Positions 23,566 through 35,859 of a stretch of 44,463 nucleotides of DNA are shown here, in pieces. Both the position numbers and the translations under genes were made by a program. The notes beneath the pieces were generated by a model. It was not told where the DNA came from. It saw only the letters and a program-made list of their open reading frames with translations, and searched no databases. Source of the DNA: Octopus sinensis (Eukaryota); contig NW_021834835.1 in the NCBI RefSeq assembly GCF_006345805.1, positions 1 to 44,463 of the forward strand, read 5' to 3'. The stretch's first letter is position 1. Each line of letters begins with the position of its first letter.

Positions 23566-23859
23566 TCAAAGACACTATGTATACATACATGCATGCATGC
23601 ATATATACAAACACATGTATACATACACAAACATACACACACATGCATACAGGCATGCATAAACACACACATTTACATACATACAAAAACATACATATAT
23701 AGTTGAATAAAATTTAGGTGAAAAATCTCATACAATGCTATGCAAAGCTCATCCATAGTTATTGGCCATCTAATGTTATCATACGGTGAGAACGCTCTTG
23801 CGACTGGATATACATTAAGAATTCCATAGCATGTGTAGAGTGTATATAATTTTTTCCCA

Positions 23860-23958
23860 GAATGAGTTCTGGTGTCGATTTCTTCGACTAAAACCCTTTA
23901 AGGTGGTGCTCCAGCATGGCCATAGTCAAATGCCTGAAACAAATAAAAGAATAAGGGA
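23860..23958 (+). mobile_element. SINE family A tail fragment
   Basis: gtcgatttcttcgactaaaaccctttaaggtggtgctccagcatggcc...aaataaaagaataa. Confidence 0.75.
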
Positions 23959-24127
23959 ATATATATATTACTTTAGATAATTATGAGTATAATTATAATT
24001 AGGATTCAGCAAAAAAATTTTGCTTTGCCACATAGCGAACTTTTAGAAATAGGCCAAAGAACTTAGCTATTTCTTCTACTATAAGAAGAATCTCCCAGAC
24101 AATGTATACTCAAAAACAATTCACGTA

Positions 24128-24183
<56 letters not shown>

Positions 24184-24356
24184 GTCTGCATGTATGCATA
24201 TATTTATGTGTGTGTGTGTGTGTTGGTGAGATCAATAAACGTATGTCTGGCGTAGACATGTATGCAAGAGAAATGTGGGATATGAGAAAATATGGCAGCC
24301 AAAACTGAACTTTTATCTTCATGCCTATCATCAATGGAAGAGGAATGTATACTTAC

Positions 24357-24427
24357 CAACACGGCGAGATCAAAGGATGGCTGAACTTGGATTCTTGGAC
24401 AGAGAACATAGTTCTGTAATTCATATT
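24357..24427 (-). CDS. Candidate 71-nt exon (xYELQNYVLCPRIQVQPSFDLAVL or NMNYRTMFSVQESKFSHPLISPC)
   Basis: Strong donor TTG|GTAAGT, moderate acceptor tttattgttccaaatag; non-repetitive; product unrecognised. Confidence 0.25.
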
Positions 24428-24575
24428 CTATTTGGAACAATAAAGACCGAGCCAGACAATCTCATAATTTAAAGAATAAATGGTCGCCATAAAAGACACC
24501 AGAAAGAACAAAACGGCGTCTCAACTTTGTACTCTTCCATCATACATACATGCATACATATATAATTATATATAT

Positions 24576-24943
24576 ACTAGCAGTATCGCCCGGCGTTGCT
24601 CGGGTTTGTAAGGGAAATAACTATATAAGCATTTTTAGAGATGTAAAGTATAATAGCCATCTCAATATGGCTAACCACAAAGCGGGGTGTTACTGTAGCT
24701 TTTTACGTTCTGAGATTTAATAATACATTTTTAGAGAGTTACTTCCCTTATATAATAGCAAAAAAATGGGAAAAATGATGGTAAATTTTTTTTAAAATCG
24801 TAGACTCATCGTAGACGCGCACTAATACCCAGAAGGGCTCGATATGAATCACGACTATAAGATACCCGCTTTTGGTTACACTGCACCGCAAAATGTGGGA
24901 GTAGTTAGGAATCTAAATCGTAGGAGACAGACACACAACTTCA

Positions 24944-24955
<12 letters not shown>
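24576..24955 (-). mobile_element. Non-autonomous Helitron-like element
   Basis: Minus-strand 3' end is hairpin cccgagcaacgccggg, then cgatactgCTAG followed by T; 5' end merges into (TA)n. Confidence 0.75.
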
Positions 24956-24987
<32 letters not shown>

Positions 24988-24992
<5 letters not shown>

Positions 24993-25609
24993 CCCCGAAT
25001 TGGACCAATACGGTAATAACGAATTTTTTAGAAATTTCTATCGGTTTGTTTCGAGACGCATAAATTATAATGGTTATTGACAATTTTTGTATTTTTTTCG
25101 GCATATTTGGCATTAGAATTTTTCTTTTGCCCTTATCTTGGAAATTATTTATAAATTTAACCTTTAAAGGTATTTTTTGATATGCTGGCCATTGATAAAA
25201 TTTTTTTCCTGAAAAAATTTTTATCCTATATTAGTTATAAATTGAATAGTGTTCACTTCCGGATTCTATCACTCTGTGAAAGTTTCTAGTTCGAATCACA
25301 CGTGTCTCGAGATGTGCCGAAGATTTTTCTATTTTGAATATATTTGGGGTACTTAGGTCTGCTCAGGACTTGGTGCATGCTTTTTCCATGGGTATGAGTA
25401 AGTATTTCACTTATATCTCGCGTATTTGCCGCTGAAGAGGGGAAAATTTCTTATTAATTAACCCCGAAATTGGACCAATATGGTAATAACGAATTTTTTA
25501 GAATTTCTATCGGTTTGCTTCGAGACGCATAATTATAATGGTTATGACACAATTTTTGTCTTTTTTTCGGCATATTTGGCATTAGAATTTTTCTTTTGCC
25601 CTATCTTGT

Positions 25610-25612
<3 letters not shown>
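24988..25612 (+). repeat. Tandem ~469-bp hammerhead-containing repeat (1.3 units), flanked by (TA)n
   Basis: aaccccgaa(a)ttggaccaata(c/t)ggtaataacgaat at 24991 and 25460; decayed hammerhead CTGAAGA-GGGG...CCCC-GAAA at 25432-25469. Confidence 0.85.
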
Positions 25613-25664
<52 letters not shown>

Positions 25665-25796
25665 ATATATATTATTATTAAGCTGAAGCTGTTGCTAATG
25701 TGAAAAGGAAATGGAATGGTGAAACTATTTCTTCGTTTCCTGATAAAGCAACGGTTTGGACTTACGACACTTTTGCATAATAGCAACGATATATGT

Positions 25797-25962
25797 ATGA
25801 AGGGCTTCTTTCAGTTTCCGTCTACCAAATCCACTCACAAGGCTTTGGTCGACCCGAGGCTATAGTAGAAGACACTTGCCCAAGGTGCCACGCAGTGGGA
25901 CTGAACCCGGAACCATGTAGTTGGGAAGCAAGCTTCTTACCACACAGCCACGCCTGCGCCTA
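25797..25962 (-). mobile_element. SINE family A 5' half
   Basis: gggcttctttcagtttccgtctacc...cttaccacacagccacgcctgcgcc. Confidence 0.9.
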
Positions 25963-26039
25963 TAAGATATTTATGAGAACTCATTTAGGCAATAACCAAA
26001 GGAGAAAATATGCCATTCACGGCACTAAACGGTTGAAAG

Positions 26040-28580
26040 AACAGACCACTGACATTCCAGCACTCTGACGTCACTGAACCATTGACACAGAAACCAAGTG
26101 ACATAACAAGACATTGAGTTTATTGAAAATTAAACACAGTAAACAACTGACATAATAACATATTGGCTGTTTAGAACAATTCACACAGTAATCGACTGAC
26201 ATAGCAAACCGTTCTGATGCCATTGAACAATTCATAAAAATAACTGACGTAACAAGACATTCAGTACATTGAACACTTTACACGATAAACATCTGGCATT
26301 ACAACAGCCTGGCTTCACTGAACAACTGCTGCGACCAACAGTCGGCAGTCACTGGACTATTTGTCGTAGAAACTGACATAACAGCACGTTCACTTCACTC
26401 AAGAACAGATAAATAAACGACATATTATCACATATTATCACGTTCATTTCACGGAAGCTGGGCGAAATGCTTAGCGGTATTTCGTCTGCCGCTACGTTCT
26501 GAGTTCAAATTCCGCCGAGGTCGACTTTGCCTTTCATGCCTTTCGGGGTCGATTAAATTAAGTACCAGTTACGCACTGGGGTCGACGTAATCGACTTAAT
26601 ACCTATGTCTGTCCTTGTTTGTCCCCTCTATCTTTAGCCCCTTGTGGGTAGTAAAGAAATATGTATTTCGTCTGCCGTTACGTTCTGAGTTCAAATTCCG
26701 TCGAGGTCGACTTTGCCTTCCATCCTTTCGGGGTCGATAAATTAAGTACCAGTTACGCACTGGGGTCGATATAATCGACTTAATCCGTTTGTCTGTCCTC
26801 TCTGTGTTTAGCACCTTGTGGGTAGTAAAAAAATAGGTATTTCGTCTGCCGCCACGTTATGAGTTCAAATTCCGCCGAGGTCGACTTTGCCATTCATCCT
26901 TTCGGGGTCGATAAATTAAGTACCAGTTACGCACTGGGGTCGATGTAATCGACTTAATTCATTTGTCTGTCCTTGTTTGTCCCCTCTATGTTTAGCCCCT
27001 TGTGGGCAATAAAGAAATAAATGATACAGCAACCAACGTATTCACTTCATAAAACAATTCTCTAAATAACCAATTGCCATAGCAACACATCCTTATGCAT
27101 TTATTGCTGTACCATGGCCACAGTTGCCAACTGACATGACAACACGTTGACATATTGATACAGTAAGCAGTTAACAGAAACCAACTGACATAATAAAACG
27201 CATTCATTTTACTAGAGAAAAAACAAAGTAACCGGCCCACATAACACCACGTTCATATCAGTGAACAACAGGAACAGTTACCAGGTGACTAACAATGCGT
27301 TCACTTCTACGTACAAGTAACACATTAACCAACTGACATAATAACACTTTCGTTTTACTGAACTAGATCACCGCAACCAATTGACATAACATAATCACTC
27401 TACTAGGCAATTGACTACGTAAATAATTGGCTTAACTACACGTTCACTTCACTGTGCAACTGACACAGTAACCAAGTAACTGAACAACACGTTTACTTCA
27501 CTGAACAAGTGTAACAATAATCAACTGACATAACATGTATATTTTACTGAACAAATGAGACGGTAACAAACTGACATAACAACACGTTCACTTCATTGAA
27601 CAAGTGACACAATAACCAATTGACATAACAACACGTTTACTTCACTGAACAAGTAACACAGTAACAAACTGACATAACAACACATTCACTTCACTGGACA
27701 ACTGATAAAGTAAAATAACGGACATAACAACATATTCGTTTCCCTCAACAATTGACACTGTAAGCAACTGGCATAACAACACGTTCTGACTTCACTGAGA
27801 AATTGACATAGCAACCAACAAACATGACAACACGTTCATTTTGCTGAACAACTGACAGAATAATGAACACATACGACAAACATATTCACAATACTCAACA
27901 ACTGGTAACGCTAAAACAACTGACACAACAAAACATTCTGGCTTTACTGAACAACTGACATAACAACACGTTCACTTCACTGAACAAGTGACACAGTAAC
28001 CAACTGACATAACAACACGTTCATTTTGCCGAACAACTGACAGAATAATGAACACATACGACAAACATATTCACTATACTCAACAACTGGTAACGCTAAA
28101 ACAACTGACACAACAAAACATTCTGGCTTTACTGAACAACTGACATAACAACACGTTCACTTCACTGAACAAGTGACACAGTAACCAACTGATATAACAA
28201 CACGTTCATTTTGCCGAACAACTGACAGAATAATGAACACATACGACAAACATATTCACTATACTCAACAACTGGTAACGCTAAAACAACTGACACAACA
28301 AAACATTCTGGCTTTACAGAACAACTGACATAACAACACGTTCACTTCACTGAACAAGTGACACAGTAACCAACTGACATAACAACACGTTCACTTCACT
28401 GAACATGTGTAACAATAATCAACTGACATAACATGTTTATTTTACTGAACAAATGAGACGGTAACAAACTGACATAACAACACGTTCACTTCATTGAACA
28501 AGTGACACAGTAACCAATTGACATAACACGTTCACTTCACTGAACAAGTGACACAGTAACCAACTGACATAACAACACAT
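26040..28580. repeat. 49-bp minisatellite array (aactgacataacaacacgttcacttcactgaacaagtgacacagtaacc), degenerate on the left, interrupted by a SINE B trimer
   Basis: Unit starts at 28323 and 28372 are 49 bp apart; a 185-bp higher-order block starts at 27851, 28036 and 28221. Confidence 0.9.
26457..27020 (+). mobile_element. Head-to-tail trimer of 5'-truncated SINE family B
   Basis: gtatttcgtctgccg at 26477, 26663 and 26837, each unit ending ...gtgggtagtaaagaaata or a close variant. Confidence 0.9.
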
Positions 28581-29137
28581 ACAGTCTCTCTATTCCTTTG
28601 TGCTGCCCTAGAAACCCAAACACAACAGACGTTCTCAAGCACATTTTGTTTACATATATTCACCAGGACTCTGCGTAAAGTTATTTTCCATTTTGTTACC
28701 GAGAGCATCGCTAACATTTTCTATGTTTGTGTTGTTTACGTTCAAGGAATAATCGTTTTTTTTCCGAGTTTATTGATTTGTGCGTATTTGTGCATTTGAC
28801 AATGTTTGCCGTCTCTGTCTCTCGCTCGCTCTTTTTTTATTCTGTTTATAAAATGTTTCTTTTTCGTTGCTGCTCCTGGGGCATTTTTTTTCTTTTGTTT
28901 GATGTTGTTGTTGTTGTAGAAGTCGTGTTTGCTATCTTGTTTTCAAGATACAAGTAGATACATCTAAGAAAAGACATACAGCCCACCCCACCAAAGCATT
29001 CCTCCATCGTGTCAATGATGTATTTTTTAGGGGTTTTCCCATAAGGGCTCCTTTGTAAAATAATCTGAAAAGGAATAACTTTATTTTGTTAGAAAGTGGT
29101 AGTAATGTAAAATTTTCAGAGGTCGCAGACCACAAGA

Positions 29138-29203
29138 TACGATGATGATGATGGTGATGATGAAGATGATGATGATGATGATGATGATGGTGGTAATATC
29201 AAA

Positions 29204-29297
<94 letters not shown>

Positions 29298-29324
29298 TAA
29301 CAACAACAACAACACAACAACAAC

Positions 29325-29375
<51 letters not shown>
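29138..29375. repeat. Graded (GAT)n-(AAT)n-(AAC)n-(AAT)n trinucleotide array
   Basis: Visible. Confidence 0.95.
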
Positions 29376-29377
<2 letters not shown>

Positions 29378-30144
29378 GCTGGACTCGTGAAAAATTCACG
29401 GAAATTATTAAAAAAATGTAGAGAGAAAAAGCAAAAGAAATAAAAAGGGAGAGATGGAAAAATAGAGGAGAGAAATAGACCGGAGAAATAAATAAATAGA
29501 AGGGAGAGAGATAAAGAGAGGAGAGAGAGAAAGAGAGGAGGAAGAGAGAGGGAGAGAAAGAGGAGAGAAAGAGGGAGAGAGAACAGAGAGAGAGAGAAAG
29601 AGTGACAGACAAACATACAGACAAAGAGGGAGAGAACGAGAGAAACATTAAAACATCCGATGTCAAATGAGTCAGCGTCGAATCAGAAACGCCAAATGGG
29701 CGGTGCCAAAACAGCTGAGCCAAAATGTCTCCTACCCAACTCGAATCTAGAACATAACCGTAACAGATGGGTGAGGATAACGTACCTATGACTTTATCGT
29801 AATTTGAGGCCCCACGCAAGCAAATATTCGTATCTCCAACAACACCCAACGCTGTCAACACTGAAATTTATGCCCGGGAAAATTAGGAATGTCCGAGGAA
29901 CAGGGAAAGTGTAGTCATACGAAAACTGATGACGTCACAAGTCACATGATCTTTCCGCTTTTTCACTTCGTAATAACCAACTGTCGTATAGTATTATTTC
30001 TATTTATAAAGAAGATCTGCTTATAAATCAATATACATCTGTGTGTGTGTGTGTGCGTGTGTGTGTGTGCGTGTGTGTGTGTGATTATGTAATAGCATGT
30101 GCGTGCGCATGTTTGTTTATATATGTGTGTAGATGTGTGTGTAT

Positions 30145-30215
30145 GTTCGACTAAAGGCGGTGCTCCACCATGGCCGCAGTCTAACGATTGAAATAATTAA
30201 AAGAATAAATAGAAT
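30145..30215 (+). mobile_element. SINE family A tail
   Basis: cgactaaaggcggtgctccaccatggccgcagtc...aaagaataaa. Confidence 0.75.
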
Positions 30216-30239
30216 ATATACATACACACACACACACAT

Positions 30240-30277
<38 letters not shown>

Positions 30278-30800
30278 CACATATATATACAAACATGCAA
30301 ACCCACATATGTGTGTATGTGCTTTTGCGTGTGTGTGTGTGTGTGCGTGTGTATGCGTGTGTGTTTGTGTGTGTGTGTGTGCGTGACTATGTGTGTGATT
30401 ATATACATTTTTGTGTTTGTGTAGGCGTGTCTTTGTGCGTATGTATGTGTGTGTGTATGTGTGTATGTATGTATGTGTGTATGTATGTATGTGTGTATGT
30501 ATGTATGTGTGTGTGTATGTGTGTATGTATGTATGTGTGTGTATGTTTGTATGTATGTATGTGTGTGTGTATGTGTGTACGTATGTATGTATGTGTGTGT
30601 ATGTTTGTATGTATGTGTGTATGTATGTATGTATGTATGCATGTATGTATGTTTGTATGTATGTATGTATGTATGTGTGTGTATGTGTGTATGTATGTAT
30701 GTGTGTGTGTATGTATGTATGTGTGTGTGTATGTATGTATGTATGCATGTATGTATGTGTATGTGTGTGTATGTAGGAATGTATGCTTGTGTGTCAAAGT
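30216..30800. repeat. (CA)n/(TG)n/(TATG)n block
   Basis: Visible. Confidence 0.92.
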
Positions 30801-31245
30801 GTATGTAGTCAATGTGACTGCCACCAGTCACACAAGGTGAACGACCGTACAAAGAATGACCCCACCCATTTGTGCGCATGCGTTTATCGACGTGTGTGTG
30901 TGTGTGCGTGTGTGTGGTTCATGGTTAGTGGTTACGATTCAAGTTCATAAGTTCGTGGTTTCGCTTCCTTGACTGGCTGGAACATTGTTCTTTTGAGCAG
31001 GTCTCTTCATTCCACATTGCTCCTGACTGCCAAGCAGTGCTGTCGCAGATCATTCCTCCCCACCCCCCAATTCTTGGAACCTTGATGTCCCATTGTGCCA
31101 AAATTTCGGAATGCCAACGGGCTGCCTAGGACTGCTCGCAACTGTACATGTATCAGAAACAAACAGTAAAGCACGGTAACAGAGGTTGTTTTACTAGTTT
31201 ATGATTGACAACCGTGGGGCGGTATGCATTGTGTATATATCATGT

Positions 31246-31296
<51 letters not shown>

Positions 31297-31300
<4 letters not shown>

Positions 31301-31589
31301 ATCCAAACAAGAAAACAAAAAAACAAAAAAAACACAACAACGCGAGGACGTGGAACAAAAAGTATTATTGGACGCTCATCAGGAAGGAGAAGGAAGAAGG
31401 AGGGTTTAACGTTTCGAGCGGAGCTCTTCGTCGGAAACATAGGAGAAGGGAAGACAGAGGAAAACATCGCCAACGGTACTCACGAGGTCACTTTTAAAAT
31501 ATATATATATATTTAATTAATTAAGGGGAGAAATCAATATTTATCAATTAAAACCAGTGGTCTAGCATATTAAAAAAGAATCCTTAATT

Positions 31590-31622
<33 letters not shown>

Positions 31623-31720
31623 ATATATATATTAATATATTATTTCCTGAGCGCCCAATAATACTTTATTTGTTCCACATCCTCGCGTTGTTGTCTTTTT
31701 GTTTTCTTGTTTGGATTAAC
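31297..31720. repeat. Hammerhead repeat family 2: minus copy 31297-31491 and inverted partial plus copy 31644-31720
   Basis: gttaatccaaacaagaaaac...cgcgaggacgtggaacaaa..agtattattgg.cgctca and its reverse complement; homologous to 42165-42363. Confidence 0.85.
31404..31438 (-). ncRNA. Minimal hammerhead ribozyme-like motif, U4C core variant
   Basis: GTTT-CCGACGA-A-GAGC(TCC)GCTC-GAAA-CGT-T-AAAC; stems I and II pair perfectly, helix III is palindromic ACGT. Confidence 0.6.
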
Positions 31721-32175
31721 TTTATATATATGTATATACATATATATGTGCGTGTGTGGTGTGTGTCTTCCCTGTGTTTGTGCAACTTTTGTATCTCTGC
31801 CGTAAGGCTTCATTTCCACACGCGCCAGCTTAATTCAATTCGTCCTTAGTCGAAAGACAGCAGTTGTTATGACCTGTTATTATTTTCATTGTATTTATTT
31901 TATTGTATTTATATTTGTGTAACATTTTCCGTTTTATCCGCCCTTGTTTTTGTATACATTCACTGTTTTCTTCCAAGAAATCTAACGCTCTTAGCTTAGT
32001 TTTTCCTTGGGGCTGGCCAGATTGGAGCAATCTCAAGAATAATCAACCGAAATTGCAAGGATAATCTGTTTCTTGACTGAAAATAGAAAACTTTGAATGA
32101 CCTGTCCTTGCTTTCTTTGTATCGTCTATCTGGATGTTTTGTTGTCCCTTTTTGCGTTTCTGTCCCATTTTGTAT

Positions 32176-32249
<74 letters not shown>

Positions 32250-32454
32250 TATCTATATAGTATCTATATATATATATACATATATATGTCTATCCACATA
32301 CACTCACTCACACATCTCTTCTCTCTCTCTCTCTCTCTATATATTATAATATATGTATATACATATATATATATATATATATTATATATATACATACATA
32401 TATATGCATATATATATATTTTTTTGTGTGTGTGAGTGTTTGTTCCTTCACTAT

Positions 32455-32640
32455 TGCTTGACAACCAGCGTTGATGGGTTTATGTCCCCCTTAACTTAAC
32501 GGTGCGACAAGAAATGCCAATAAAATAATTACCGGGTTTCAAAACAAAAGTTTCTCGGGTCAATCAGTTCGACTAAAATTCTTTACGGCGGTGCCCCAGC
32601 ACGGCCGCAGTCCAATGACTGAAGAAGTAAAAAAAGGAAG
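32455..32640 (+). mobile_element. SINE family A 3' half, decayed
   Basis: ttgcttgacaaccagcgttg...aacttaacgg...ggcggtgccccagcacggccgcagtcc. Confidence 0.75.
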
Positions 32641-32654
32641 AAAGAGATAAAAAA

Positions 32655-33028
32655 GATATATATATATACACATACATATATATATATATATTATAGTATA
32701 TGATATATATATATGATATCTATCTCTATATATATATGATATCTATGCACATATAAATGTATATGAATTAATGTAAAGATGTATACGTGCATTTAAGCAT
32801 ATAGTTATAAATATTGTATATATGTTATCAATATATGTATATATGTATATATATATTATATATATATATACATGAGTATATAATATATATATATATATAT
32901 AAATATATATATATATATCTAATACACACATACATACATATATACATACACATATGCATTCATGTGCATATATATATGCATGCATACATATATCTACACG
33001 CATTAAATATATACATATATATAAATTC

Positions 33029-33071
<43 letters not shown>

Positions 33072-33483
33072 ATTATATATATATATATATAGATATATAT
33101 ATAAAATATATATATAAATATATATATTATATATATATATATATATATATGACGGTATTGTATTTTTGTTTCTTCTTTCGTTGTGTAGAGCCAAAATAGG
33201 ACCCAGTGAAAGATTTTATCAACAACCTCGCAATATGTCGGAATTGTTGTTTAAATGTCGCAGACAAAAGATGAAAGAGATTGCAGCAGGAATAAAAAAA
33301 AAAAGGAAAAGAAATAGATGAAAGCTAGATTAATATGTAAACAACATAGCTAGGTTTTCCAGTAAACATGTGAAGTAAACAAAAACCAAGGAACAAGACA
33401 AATAATAATGTTCTGATGGGAATTATATATATATGTGTATATATGCGTGTCTGTCTGTATGTATGTATACATTTATATATGTG

Positions 33484-33527
<44 letters not shown>

Positions 33528-34083
33528 ATATATGTATGTATGTATATATATATATATGCATATATATATATATATATATATGTGTGTGTAGTGTGTGTAT
33601 ATGTTTTCTATATGAGGTTTTACGCACGTATCTAAATATATCATCTCTTAAACTATGTATGTTTATATTGCAAGCGTCGTGTATGGTTAACTTATATATT
33701 TGCTCATACACTTATACGCACACACATGCACACACACACACACATGCACACACACACACATGCACACACACACACAGACACACACACGAACGCTCATACG
33801 CGCGCACATACATAATGTCACATACATAGATGGAGATATCCGTATGTATATATATTCATGGCGAGACTAAATATGTTTGTTCATTAAATATAAATTACTT
33901 TACACAAATACATATATATTTATATATTTGTATGAGTATATATATGTGTGTTTGTGTGTGTGCGTGTGCGTGTGCGCGTGTATGTAAAAACCACACTCAC
34001 ACACACACACACACAAACACACACAAACAAACACACACACAGACGTACACACACATACACACACACAGAGACACACACACACA

Positions 34084-34139
<56 letters not shown>

Positions 34140-34330
34140 ATATACATATATACAATAAGAAGGAAAATAATGGCGCCGAAATACACACATATTTATGCAT
34201 AGTACAGTCGAACAATCGAGATAAATACACTGAGACACATACAAACATACACCCGGGAAGTCACCCTCCACACACACACACAAACATAGACTGACACGCA
34301 CGCACGCGCACACAAAACCAAGTATCACAC
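32655..34330. repeat. (TA)n/(CA)n-dominated low-complexity region
   Basis: Visible. Confidence 0.85.
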
Positions 34331-34747
34331 GTAGAAATCTTATTAGCTTTTGAACTTTCTTCTGGCAAGATTACAGCGACAGCATTTGAGAAGCTGTCTT
34401 TGATAGAACAATCTGTGTGAATATATTGTATTTTGTTCAGTTTGTAAGCTGTCCTTTGCTACAATAACCGAAGGCATCTTTCCTACTCTTTCCCTATAGA
34501 ATCCTTACTGCAAGTTCGTCGGCACACATACACATCACACACACGCGCGCGCACAGATCACACACATACACACATATATACACAGAGGAGTACATTCATA
34601 CACATCTGTATCGCATATAGCTTCCTTTTACAGTCATTTGCACACGCACACACTCACGCATACATAAATGCAATCATGCATACTTGTATCTTTATGTTTT
34701 ATCCTTTGCTTGTTTCGGTCGTTAATAATAATAATATAATAATAATA

Positions 34748-34784
<37 letters not shown>

Positions 34785-34785
<1 letters not shown>

Positions 34786-35585
34786 TCAAGGAGAAAGGAT
34801 ATGGGACAGTAAAGGATATGGGACAAAGTATCATAGCAGTAGCGGGCAAGCTCTCCAGATATCAGGAAAGAATAGATCAGTATCAACAGAATAGATTTTG
34901 AGACAGACCAGAGGAGATTTTATTACTAAATAAATAGTGGAGGACGAAGTACTGATGATGAGAAACCTAAAGCAGAAGAAGCTAGAAAGTTCTGGTGTAA
35001 TGTTTGGTATAAACCAATCAATCATAATGGAGATGCAGTATAGTTAAAGAAAGTGAAGGAAGAAATTGTGAGAAGCAGCTGGAGCTAAGATTAACTAGTA
35101 CGTTAATGAGTAAAGTATTAGAGAAAATGTCTAATTGGAGGGGCCCAGGACCAGATTTAGTTCAAGGGTACTGGTTAAAGAAATTCAGTAGTTTACATGG
35201 GAGGCTGAGGGAACAACTTCAGGATTGCCTTAATGGAGGAATAATACCAGATTGGATGACTAGAGGGCGGACAATACTCATCATGAAAGATAAGAGCAAG
35301 GGTAATACAGCTAGCAACTATGGACCAATCACGTGGAAGCTGTTGACAGGAATGCTTTCGGAAAGCATTTACGACCAACTTGACAACCAGAATTTGCTGT
35401 CAGAACAGAAAGGTTGCAGGAAGAAGGCTAGAGGAACGCATGATCTATTATACATAGACAAAGCAGTTCTAAATGAAGTAAAAACTAGAAAGAAAAATCT
35501 AACAATAGCCTGGATGGATTATAGGAAAGTCTATGACATGATCCCACACTCATGGATAAATGAATGTTTGAGTATATTCAGTATA
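34785..35585 (+). mobile_element. R4/Dong-clade non-LTR retrotransposon RT fragment abutting (TAA)n
   Basis: AGKLSRYQERIDQYQQNRF, EARKFW, NWRGPGPDLVQGYWLKKF, EQKGCRK, IAWMDYRKVYDMIPHSWINECL; (TAA)n at 34723-34784. Confidence 0.85.
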
Positions 35586-35859
35586 GTGTTAACAGTGACT
35601 TCAAAGTCTGTTTAGTCTTCATCGGACTGTGGCACTATTGAGATGATCTTGTTTGGTGAGTTTCATGTTTTTGAGGCAGTGTAGCGCTGTTGAGTGAAAA
35701 TTAGTTTGTAGTATAGATTCCGATGGAAAGATATTATGGAAGATTTTTTATTGATTAAATATAGAGTTGCACCATAGTTCAGAATTTAGTCCTGCATGTA
35801 CAACTTCGTCATCAAGTGTGTCTATTTAGGTGTATCACTTTCAGGTAGTGAGCTTGATT

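Noticed and set aside
26040-28580. Regular repeats that could suggest a CRISPR-like array
   Set aside because: No unique spacers and no cas genes; eukaryotic tandem minisatellite
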